A stretch of DNA of 64,000 nucleotides from Psammoneis japonica (taxonomy: Eukaryota): positions 1 to 64,000 of the forward strand of contig QPGO01000110.1 in NCBI GenBank assembly GCA_008632985.1, in the 5' to 3' direction. Of this stretch, positions 24,417 through 35,348 are shown piece after piece; position 1 is the stretch's first letter; the number at the start of each line of letters is the position of its first letter. Position numbers and translations under genes: made by a program. The notes below the pieces were generated by a model. That model saw nothing but the letters and a program-made list of their open reading frames with translations, did no database searches and was not told the origin of the DNA.

Positions 24417-25133
24417 TTATGTATCCTCTTGAATAGCGGTACGTATGCGCACACAAGCCTTGCTTGCATTGCCGTTGCCGCTATGAAGGGCTTCATAAGT
24501 TTCGTTGGCTCTTGGGCCCTCATCACTTCCCACTATCGGATAGCCAGCATGAAAAAGGCCATCTTTGCATCCTATGAAGCGTCGACGGTCTATGTTGTAG
24601 AAAGCAATGTTTCCGTTTCCCGCATCGACGATGAGGAAGCGCTCTGAGCTCCAATCAAGTGGAAGCTTCTCGATAGATATTTTTCCGCCTCCAAAGTCAA
24701 TCTTGTCATTCTTCATCCTAAGGAACCCGTAACCCGATGAATAAAGAGCAACGACATTCCCCGGGACCAATGCCTTCTTCCAATCATCAACGGGCTTCCC
24801 AACAGAGTTCTCTGTAGTTTTGGAATCAATGTCAATGAAGTGCGTAATCGCGAGATGAATCAAGCAGGGTAGACGAAGCAACTGCCCATCAACTTTTCCC
24901 TTTCCCGAGTTTTGCGGGAATGGCGGAAACTTGAAGACAAAGCCCTTGTCAGCTAGCTTTTCCTCGAGGATATCAATTGCCGCTCCAACTGTAGTTTGGG
25001 GGCTTTCAATGGCATTCACCATGAAAGCTTGATCTCCTAGCGTCGTCTCTTGCTTCTTTTCCACCATTGCAACTCCGTTCTGATTCTGATGATGATCAAG
25101 TGGCAGAGTTGTGAGGACTTCACACCCGGACAT
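24417..25133 (-). CDS. Hypothetical protein with fascin/beta-trefoil-like repeats
   Basis: 238-aa ATG ORF; the segments GNVVALYS..GFLRM and ERFLIVDAGNGNIAFYN resemble fascin-like repeats. Confidence 0.5.
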   Translation of the reverse strand: MSGCEVLTTLPLDHHQNQNGVAMVEKKQETTLGDQAFMVNAIESPQTTVGAAIDILEEKLADKGFVFKFPPFPQNSGKGKVDGQLLRLPCLIHLAITHFIDIDSKTTENSVGKPVDDWKKALVPGNVVALYSSGYGFLRMKNDKIDFGGGKISIEKLPLDWSSERFLIVDAGNGNIAFYNIDRRRFIGCKDGLFHAGYPIVGSDEGPRANETYEALHSGNGNASKACVRIRTAIQEDT

Positions 25134-25159
25134 AGTAGCCTCAATATCCGGGATCCTCT

Positions 25160-25320
25160 ATTCTTGATTCTGATATGATTGGCTGACGAAAATTTCGAGT
25201 ACTGTACATGTGGATTCTGCCGTACCGGTACAGTACTGTAGGCTGTCGATGACAGAACTCTTTCTGATTCTGGTTGGCTAACGAAAATTTACAGTACTAT
25301 GGATTTTGCAGTAGCCAGTC
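25160..25320. promoter_or_regulatory. Duplicated CCAAT-type motif upstream of the 25133 start codon
   Basis: Two related copies, G(A/G)TTGGCT(G/A)ACGAAAATTT..AGTACT..TGGATT, about 95 bp apart. Confidence 0.4.
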
Positions 25321-25620
25321 GATGAGTCTAGCTAGAGAGTAGAATATTTTGCTACTCTCTAAGAGCTCTAGAGTGTAACTACTGTAGTACACGAAAAAGT
25401 AAGCAAACCAGGAATAATTCGGTGGAGTCACGTGCTCGGGTCAACAGCAGAAAGACAAACTTACGGTTGGAGATAGCTACTATTCTCTCTACGTAGAGCT
25501 AGAGTAGAGTAGAGAGCCCTCTCTACTCTAGAGCTAGTAGAGAGTAGTAGAGCTCTACTCTCTAGAGTAGTGGAGTCTCTACCTACTACTCTAGCTAGAG
25601 CAGAGAGAGTACTACACCTG
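25321..25620. repeat. Low-complexity cluster of CTCTA/TAGAG palindromes
   Basis: Contains CTCTACGTAGAG, GTAGAGCTCTAC, CTCTAGCTAGAG and similar palindromes. Confidence 0.8.
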
Positions 25621-25848
25621 CGAGCGCTAAGCTCACATTGAGAATCACACTTGAATAACACGGAATAGGAAATGAATTTTAAAAGTTATATAGCGAGACT
25701 ATTGCGGTGCTACAGCCAGTCTCATCCTTGTCCGGACTAGTATCAAATACGAAGTGCCCAAATTACTGAAAGGCATCTCCAACCAAATGTTTCCATGATC
25801 CTCATGAATACGCATTCTAAATCCAAATAATACAGATATGCATGCCAT

Positions 25849-27520
25849 TTAAGCCTTGTGTTCATGTTTGTATCCACCATGAGCATCATCCACAACAAAG
25901 TCATCTTCTCCACGAACATCCTTTTGGTGTGCAAAGACGCTATTGATAATGAGGCCCGACTTCATGTCGGCAGCAAACTGCGACTTGTCGGCGACCGTGC
26001 GTGCCTTTTGAAGGACCGTATCCACCGTCTCGCGATGTTCGGCACGATGACGCAAGGCTTGTTGAATCACCGTGTCGCCACCCACGCCCCATACTTCGAG
26101 AAACTTGATTTGAAATTTCTCCAAGGCTTCGACAGGAAGCAAGTGACCATTCTTGTAGGTGCCATCTAGATAACGAGCATGGCACTCCTCTCCAAGGTTG
26201 GTGGGGAGAAATAAACGTGGCTTGTCGATGGTACCTCCAAAGCCGATACCATAGGCCCTACTGCTACCGTTTCCTTTGGCAAGAGTCGTCCTTGGCTTGG
26301 GGCTGCAATACATGAAATTCTCCTCCTTGGCGTCGGGATGAAAGACAATCAGGGTGGGGTGCAGCTGAAAGAGGAAACAATTGGAGTCTCCATAAAAGTT
26401 GGCGGATTCCTTCCATGGCTTGGAGGCAATGGCGCCCAAGACGACATTTTGTTGTGTCTGAATCACCATGAGAGTCGGTCCTGCGTATCCCAGCAGGGAC
26501 CACTCGAGGCTCTCAAACGACCCGCCATCCATGTCGTACGAATAGAGACGGTTCCACTGTGATTAAAAGAAAAAAAGTCAAGAGTTAGATTTGGTCGCTA
26601 ACAAAGTATTGTGAGAATGCAACTCTTTTATGCGAAAAAATACATACCTTTGCACCAAACTGAAGGGACGTACAAGACAAGGCAAACAAGAGTGGAGCCT
26701 GCTGATCCACGAAAATGTCACTGGCATGGTCCAAGAATGGATAGGTATACGGAGTCCTTGACACAGGATACGGGTGGCTGTGAAAGATGAGATTATGGCA
26801 AAAGGTGGACAAGGTGGCAGGCAAGAGCGGAACACTCTCTTCGACCCACTTGCTAAACACCGACTCTCCCTTTCGCTTCCAATAGTCCAACATGTCTCCC
26901 GTCAACTCCTCCACCACTGTTCCATCAAAGGAGCTTCCCAACGATGACGACGTCTCTTGATGATGTGCTTCAGCACACGCCAGTATGAGCGACTTGGCCA
27001 GCGTATCGGTAGCAATCGATTCGTGCAGAATCCGATCCTCCACGAGTTCTTTGCTGAACTCCGGCGCCACCAAGACATGCGATGCCACGGCAAGACGAAA
27101 ACACAGATTGACCAAATCACGTGGAGACGGATCGTCCAAGAGATGGTACAAGAGCCGTTCTGCCTCTCGTGGTCCGCGACGTCCCGTGCTTGCCACGCCC
27201 TCCAAAAAGTGCTCAAATTGCTTGTGTTCGGGGGAGCCTTTGCAAAAAACAAAGGTCTCGGCCGACGTCATGGCCTTTTGTAAGTGATCTCCGAATGTTT
27301 GAGGAAGAATCTTGGCTTCCATAAAGTCGACACGACTCTGCATTTCATCGCCCGGGAGAAAAAAGTGCGTGTACGGAGAAGACAGGGCGAGCTTTTTCAG
27401 AAAGGAATCCGTGTTGCTTTCGTCCTTGATGGCGTTGTGACCACGAAGCAGAATCTCCAATTCGTCTTCCTGAAACGGATAGTGATCCTCAAAGTGTTTG
27501 ATTTCAGCCAACGATGTCAT
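25849..27520 (-). CDS. TLDc domain protein, 2 exons
   Basis: DGGSF..L, GPTLMVI, FYGDSNCFLFQL, GIGFGG and LEVWGVGG motifs; GT-AG intron 26557-26647. Confidence 0.88.
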
Positions 27521-27769
27521 GGTGTTGATGTATGATTGCTGTTGATGCGGTTCTGTTCAGTTCTCATTTTGTGTGTTGATTGCGTTGCAGGAGAGCGACG
27601 AGCTGATTCCAGAGGATTGTGAAGTTGACGTCGGGGTTCGCATACGATATTTACTTTTTATTCATTCTCGAGGATGCTATAAATATTGATTTGTTCGTCT
27701 GTCCGTGCATGCGGGTGTGACCAGCATGACAAAAAAATCTGGAAACCGCACAAAAGAAAAACATCCACC

Positions 27770-28467
27770 ATGGCGTCATCAGCCAGAGCATCGTCTTTCT
27801 TTTCTTCTCCCATGGGACGACTTTCGGCTCTGGCAGTGACGGTACCTCCTGTTTTTGTGTGGTTGACGGATTGCTTTTATTCTTTCAGTGTAGTGCGAGG
27901 AACATCCATGGAACCATCTCTGACCGATGGAGATGTTGTATTGGTACGAAAATGTGATGCGTTTCCGGCATTGGACAGCAGTTCCGATACGGATCAAGCA
28001 CGAATTGCACGAGTCGAGGCATCCGTTGGAAATGGACCGAGCTACGTCTACAACAGACCACCGCTCGTTTTGCCGGGGCACGTTGTGGTCATGTATGACC
28101 CGCACGTGGCATTTCCTCATGCTCTCATGATCAAGCGGGTTGTGGGACTTGGAGGACAGATAGTGAGAAATATATTAAATATGTGCTGTATATTGTAACA
28201 GACCTGTGCAGGACCGACTAACAGTACCCTCTTTCATTTCATTTGTAGGTCCGACCAACTGTTCGAATGAGACATGTAGAGTCGATTCCGCGATATAGCC
28301 TTTGGGTAGAAGGTGATAACGCACAAAACTCTCAAGACTCCAACAAGTACGGACCAATAAGTAAGAAGCTACTGGTTGGAAAAGCGCAATGCATAGTTTG
28401 GCCTCCATCCCGATGGGGAGTCATTGAAAAGAAACCTCCACCACACGGGCGAGCTTGGTGGCCATGA
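27770..28467 (+). CDS. Mitochondrial inner membrane peptidase (S26 family, IMP2-like), 2 exons
   Basis: GTSMEPSL (catalytic Ser), IKRVVG (catalytic Lys), WVEGDN..SQDSNKYGP and IVWPPSRW; intron ~28163-28248. Confidence 0.88.
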
Positions 28468-28786
28468 TTAGCACTCTCTAGCTAGAAGTAGCTTGATACG
28501 TAATAGTGTCTAAGTGTTATTGCGAAATGAAATAGAACAACGTCTCCGTACGCCATGATGCATTCTAAACGCGCTTTCGGCAATGCGCACCCTGCTCTAT
28601 AGAGCAACTGGTTTCATCTCTTTGTTGACAGGCACCGGCCGTATTCTACGGGGATAGTCCAGGGATCTAGTCACGAGGAACAACAAGATCCTGACGCATA
28701 CCAGTATTGTAGTTTCACCACGTTCCGTTCTTCCAGAGATCGCAAGTACACTAGATAGGATCGAACAAGGTTTCGTCGGTGAAACT

Positions 28787-31294
28787 TTAATTCCAACTAT
28801 GAGTCATGTTGGTCATTGCGCCCGCTTCCACCATGGCAGAAATCCCTTGTTCCCGAGCAAGGCTCGCGTAGAGACCATTTTCTTTTCGCAACAATTCTTC
28901 GGGATGGCCCATTTCGGCAATCTCACCCTTTTCCAAGACAATCACACGATTGACAGACAGCGATCGAACGACACCCAAGCGATGTGTCACCATGAGCATG
29001 CTCTTGGTGTGCTCCATGGCGGTCTGGAGCGCGTCGACAACCTTCTTTTCACTCTGAGAGTCCAATGCAGCGCTGAAATGAAGCAAAATAAGTAAATGGT
29101 TAAGTACGATGCGCCCATATGAAAAGAGAGGTATACTTTCAAATTCACAACAAACAAACAAGAAACTCACGTTGGTTCGTCCAGTAACAGTACTTCTGGA
29201 GAACGAATCAGGGCACGAGCAATTGCGACGCGCTGCCGTTGGCCTCCCGACAAGGTTCTGCCACCTTCGCCGACTCGCGTGTCAAGATCCAATCCTAGTG
29301 AATTTCCGGGATGTACCGACAGTCCGGCCAAGTGCAAACATTTAGCAACGTCTTTCCGGTACTTCTCGCTGTAGCATGCTTCACCCGTCGTTTCATCCTT
29401 GGAATCCTTGTCGATTCCATACAATACATTTTCCATCAGCGTCATGGGGAACAGGTGTGGCTCTTGTTCCACCACGGCAATTTTGGAGGCGATTTCTTTA
29501 CGAGTCATGTCCTTGAGGCTCCGACTCCCCAAGTTGCAGCTACCAAACGCGGGATCATAAAATCGAAGAATGCTTCGAAGCATGGACGACTTTCCAGATC
29601 CACTCCGTCCCACAATCGCCACTCGATCACCTGGATAAATGTTAAAGTTGATATTCTTCAAAGCAGGGTTCTCCATACAACCGTAGGAGACAGTCATGTT
29701 GGACATGTTGATAATGGGTTTGTTTTGTGTCAAGGCTTGCTTTGTTTCTGGCAAAACAACTTGCGTTCTTTCCGTTTCATCCGTCGGATCTCGAATGGCC
29801 GGGATGCGTCGAATCAAATCAAAGACACTCGTCGATGCTCCCACGGCGCTCTGGATCTTTGCCCATTGATCTCCAACCTCATTGGACGATTCCAAAACAA
29901 AATTGGTATAAAACAAAAAGGTTGTCAATCTCGATGAAGGCAACCCACCGGCTTTACCAACCGACCAACACATAAAGAGCAACATGACTTGCAAGGCTGT
30001 TTGAAGCGTGTCACTGACAAATTTGTGTGTACCATAGGCCCATGCCTGTACTTCTTCCAATTCCAAGGCCCGACTCTGAGCGCTTTCGTACTTGTTGGTT
30101 TCCTCACCAACTCCATCAAATGCCCGAATCGTTTCACTCATGGTAAAGGCCGTCTCTGCCACTGCCGTGGCATCGGCAAAGGTATCCTGCACCTTTTCCG
30201 CCAGTACTCGTGAAAATTTACCATAAATGGCCGACACAATCGCCACCAAGCCAATCCCACCAAAGGCGTACATGCTCAAGATGGGCGAAATCTTGAGCAA
30301 ATAGACGGACCCAAACAAAAATTGCGCAAACTGCCGTAGCACCACATTGACATGAAAGGAAATCACGGCACCAATCTTGTTGACATCGTTGTTGAGACGT
30401 GACAAAAGATAACCAACTTCGTTGGAATCGAAAAAGGCCGCCTCTTGCATTAACAAATTGCGATGCAACTTGACGCGGACATTGTAATTGGCTCGTGAAC
30501 CTGAAATAAGAGGAATGAAAAAGGCTTGCATAAGAGACCAGAACAAGCAATATACATACATGCTCAAGCACTTTTTAATAGCAACCGCCCACACGTACCT
30601 GCAATCCAAAACAGACTTCCGCGTACACCCGTAAAGAGCGCAGCCAGGTGCTGGTAATACCAAGTCCCGCAAGCACTTGAAAGACCTTGAGTCGAGACGC
30701 TTCATTGTTGGCCACACATGTAATGCACGCGCTGTAATAGTGTGGAATAATCGACATCATGAGAGCCCCCAACAATAGAAACCCAAAGGATGGAACCACA
30801 ATCCCAGCGTTATATCCAGCCAGTTGCACCAAATTACGACGAGCATGATTCAGTCTGGAAAGATTTTCTCGAAACGACATTTTCTTCTCGCCCTTTTTCT
30901 TCGATTCTTGCTTTGCGAGGCGACTTGCTTTTATGCGGTTCATTACGTAGCGAGTATAAAACAAGGCACTCTTGGTAAGCGTTTTCGTCTTGGGATGAAT
31001 GGTATTCACTTCTTGTTCGACATAGTCGTAGTTTTCGGAGGAGGACGAAGCCGTGTCTTGTAAAAGTGCTGTTTGTCTTCTGAATAACAACGGATCAGTA
31101 TTGAAACTCTGCTTATGAAGTGTTCTGTAGTTCTTTGTGTTTGGTAACAACGAAGGAGTAAACGCAGAAACCGTGCAACCCAGATCTAACCGACAGGCAG
31201 CCATCACGAGGAACGAGCTGCAGAGGAGCAGTTTCCAATCGCGGCCATTGGTACTGTTGTTTGTTCTTCGTGGTCTTGGAGTTCTTGATTTCAT
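28787..31294 (-). CDS. ABC transporter B-family half transporter, probably plastid-targeted
   Basis: Walker A GRSGSGKS, signature LSGGQRQR, Walker B LLLDEPT; TM domain; presequence TVSAF. Introns at ~30505-30598 and ~29076-29170; one apparent frameshift at ~30645. Confidence 0.88.
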
Positions 31295-31903
31295 TTTGAA
31301 GGATGAGCGACCATGAAAACTTTCTACAGCGATCTTTATCGTCAGAAGGAGCGTAGGGGGGAGAGCAATCAGAAGTCAACAACGACTCTGCCTTTGTTCT
31401 TTGTTCCTTGACAGGCGTCGACCTTCGAGAGGTGAACGAGTGGCAGAAACTTTTTGGTCCTTTCTCTCCGATGACGAATGGAGACAACCAGAAGGATATG
31501 TCATCATCATTTAGCTAGCGACGAAAATTGGCGGGAAATCCTCTGTACAGTCAATACCAGTTCCAACGTATGTAGAATCAGTATGTGATTTCGAAATTTC
31601 TTTTTCTCCCTCCGACATAATCCGTTGAGAAATTCGTAGCAATCATGTGCTTCACCATGGCGGACTCGAGGAAAAATCCACAGCACTCTTTGACAGGAAA
31701 CTAGTGAGGAATGCCTGTTTCGACATCAAAGAAGAGGTGGTCATGTGCCGATCATTTTCATAATTTGCACTCGGACCGCCATTTCATCAACACAGTGTCA
31801 GCGACCTTGCGTCGCACTACACTGTGGGGTTGAACAGCTATTGCAAGAAGTTGATTAGACTTGTGATTGGCGATTTCCTTACAATACCTGTCAATTAGAC
31901 CAA

Positions 31904-33423
31904 ATGATGGAAAACATTAATGACCCGAGTACGAGACGTCGAGGTAGATCAAGAACGGCTCGTCCTGTTACCACACAACAAGTGTACAGAGACATTGCGG
32001 ATTTGCAAGCCACCTTGTACCAAATGAGGAACGAACGCCGTGCTCGTCAGGCACAGAGTGGCTTGAGATTTTCTCCGAGATCTCCAGCAAACGGTCGAGG
32101 AAGAGGTATGGTGTCGTTTTTGCTTTTCATGGTTGTCTTGACTTTTTGATTGAAACATGACGTCACACCGCTGGCATCAGTCTTGCGTGACCTAATTTTG
32201 CTCACATTCTTGCGTGTGTTTGGGTTTTTCGCCATGATGCGTGGTTGTAGCTCGCCATCTTTCTCCAGTGATTCGTTGGGAGACGCGAGGACAAATGGGG
32301 AGATCAATGTTGCAGTCACCCATTCGGCAAACGTCGTCGCCGGACGCAAGAGAAGAAGAGAGTGGTTCGAGAGAAGGAACGCCGCATGAGCTACATCCAG
32401 ACCGCGATTATCGATGCAGTGTATCGAGGGGTCGCAACTTGATAAAGGCCGTTCATCATAGTGCGTCACGTGGTAGATCCATGCTAAAGGAAAAACCAGA
32501 GTCGGTAGGAAAACAAAGCATGATGGAAAAGAAGGAGAAGATTCAGAGCAAAGCTACCGGCGGAAAGCGCGAACGCAAGAGTGGAGTATCACCTGGTATG
32601 ACTCTGGCGGAACGAACCAAAGTGCGTCTACAAGAGAAAGAACGGAATCTGCAACGCATCAAGAATGAAATGATGGAAGAATGCACGTTTTCACCGGAAA
32701 CAAACCACTCGTCGTCAACGGCAACGAGTGTGCGGAGCCAGGGATCTTCACAACGGAAAACCACCGGGAAACAACCAAAGCTTGTTACTCCTCAAAGCAG
32801 CAAGACAAATGATTCATCTTCTCCTCCTACTGTGGTTGATGCTGAAAATCGAACATCACCGGAAAGTCTAGGGAAAAGCAGCGTTAGCACTACCATGAGC
32901 AGCCGTATTCAAGAGCTGTACCTAGACGGGGTCAGGAGGAATCGTGCTTTTACAGATAAGGTCTGTGAAGAACCATTGAAAGGTCATTATGAATATTTTT
33001 CTCTTTGGCTAACTTGCTTTTGTCCATTGACAGACGGAAGAGGAAATGAGAAAACGCCGCTTGGAAGAAAAGGAGCTTGAGATGTTTTGTACTTTTAAAC
33101 CCAACATGAATTGGCGCAAAAAGACGCAACCCGCTGAAAAGCGAGAGCCTAGTACTATTGAATATAATCACCGACTTGCTCCAAAGGATACCGGGTCAGA
33201 TGTTTCCATGGGAACCTTGACGTTGTGCAGCCTCAATGATATGCCCCCAGTCGAGGTTTTTGCGAAAAAGCCCGACATTGGGTACGAGACTCCGCCTCAA
33301 GTCACCATTATTGTCAGCGACAAGAGTATCGAGGAGTGCTTGCACAAGGCACCAGTGAACAAAAGACTTGCTCCTGAATTTGACGCCGCTCGCTCTGTGG
33401 ATACCGAATATGCATCTGTCTAA
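31904..33423 (+). CDS. Hypothetical basic/low-complexity protein with CTFxP motifs, probably 3 exons
   Basis: Consecutive ORFs joined at GT-AG sites; ECTFSP and FCTFKP motifs follow charged helices. Confidence 0.6.
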
Positions 33424-33879
33424 CCTCTACCAGGTAGTGTTTTGGTGGCTTTTTGCTGGTTAAGAACACCAACACCACTTTAACGTATAGTATTTGACTT
33501 TTGATCCATAGTTTGTTGATAAGAACCCCTACGTCTCTAAGAATATAATGTAAAAAGCGAGATCCAACAACAGCAATGGAACTCGCTCTATCGCACTCTG
33601 TTGCAGAAGATCTGGGTAAACGCACGACGGAACGACCGCGGCGGTGTTGTGGAAGCGGGCAGGATGGATCTGTGTGCGATTCTCAAACAGACGATGAGAC
33701 CCCGAAAATCCTTGTTCTTCTCTCAGTCTACATTGGCATTGGCTTTCATGGGGGGAGTCTCTTGAAGCGCTGCAGTGCCCCTCCCTCACCCGAAAAATTG
33801 AGAAAGACACTGGAGACCATCACGCCGTTTTCTCTTCATTTTCTCACCTCCGATCTGCCTTGGAGGCTCGGAAACTGGA

Positions 33880-34420
33880 AGCTCACAATGAGGTCAAGGT
33901 GAGGTTTTGTTGATCACTGCCTGTTTGACTCATTGTTTCAGGCTGGATTGTTTTCTGGTTGTCTTGCACACCCCCCACTCTTGTGCCCTGCTCCATCCCT
34001 GAAATTTCAAGGCCAGCCCGATTGTTGGGCTCTTGTGGGCTTTTGTTCTTTGGGCATGGTCGCCATTGCTGCCAGCCATGGCATGCTGGTGGCATCATCA
34101 CAAGATTGCCAAACACATGGCATGCACAGCTCAGAGCTGCCCACACAGTGCACGGCTGAAATGGCCAAGCTGGAAGGCTCCTTGCGCTGGCTTTCATCTG
34201 GCACTTTGGTGGAAGAGTTCAAGAGCGCTGACAAGGAGGAAGAGTTGAGTGTTGAAGGACAGGAAGATTGCCAAGGAGGCACTCTGGGAACTCATGAGTG
34301 AGTCTGATTTCAGTGCAGTGCAGGCAAGCATCAGTGCCAACAAGAGTGGCGCCGCTGACTTTCTTGGTTCTTGCAACTTTGTGGGCCAGCACAATGAAGT
34401 GCTCAATGCCATGAAAAGTG
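33880..34420 (+). pseudogene. Degenerate EF-hand-containing gene fragment in TpA-depleted block 4
   Basis: MSESDF..ISANKSGAADF resembles an EF-hand; DNA homology to 40880-41360. Confidence 0.5.
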
Positions 34421-35348
34421 CTGCAAACTTGTGCTGGCAAAACATTTTTTCAACATGAATCTTGCCAGCAGAAAAGCCTTGTTTTAACTGCAGCATTGCA
34501 CTGTGTGGCGCTGAATGTTGCTCTGTGAGAGCGACATCTGGGGGCGTGTGTTTCTTGCCGGTGTTTTCCCAGTGTGCTCTGCAGCACTGTCACTGCAGCT
34601 GGGGGGGGGGGGGGCAGCTGCTCTCTTGGCTTCACCCAAGAGACACAACTGCTCAGTGCGTTTGTGCTGCTGGCCAAATTGCCCTCCTTTGTGCCCATGT
34701 TGACACACCAACCTCATCCGCCTCTTGGCTGGACTGCTGGGTGATCTGACAAGGTGTTGTGCCACCTGCACCTGCAAGCAACCAGAACCCATCATGCACA
34801 ACTTTGCTCCTCATGACATCATGTGATGCTCTCACCAGTGGAGATTTTGCCTCCTCCTCCATGCCCTGTGCAAGTGTGTGTGGCAGCGCTGTGTGGGCAG
34901 CAGCGCTGGAGGACAAGGCCCTGCCTTTCCAGCTTGGGTTGTGCGAATGTGAGGCTTGTTTGCACACTCCAGTGAAGAAGACATTCCAGTCCATCATTAG
35001 AAGGCTTGGATTTCCTCTCCCAGTTAACCAGAGAGCCGCAGGAGAAAGGAGCAAGAACGAGATGGCGGAAGGGGAGGTCAGGCACAAGGTGACCCGGATT
35101 TTATGCCACGTGTGCGTCGACACGTCAGACACGGGAATGAATTTTATGCGGATGACGCGCGCCGATCACGATCTGCCAACCCGCGAAAAGGCAAATATCG
35201 ACATCATTTTGGTTCATTTTTTCTATTTTTTGTGATCGATTACCTCTACTGATAAAGACAAGTTGATCAGAAGAAGAGATCTGAAGTACAACACAAGCCT
35301 GCCCTTTTCTCGCACTTCTCTCTATCGTTGGCAGCCAGATCAAGAACT

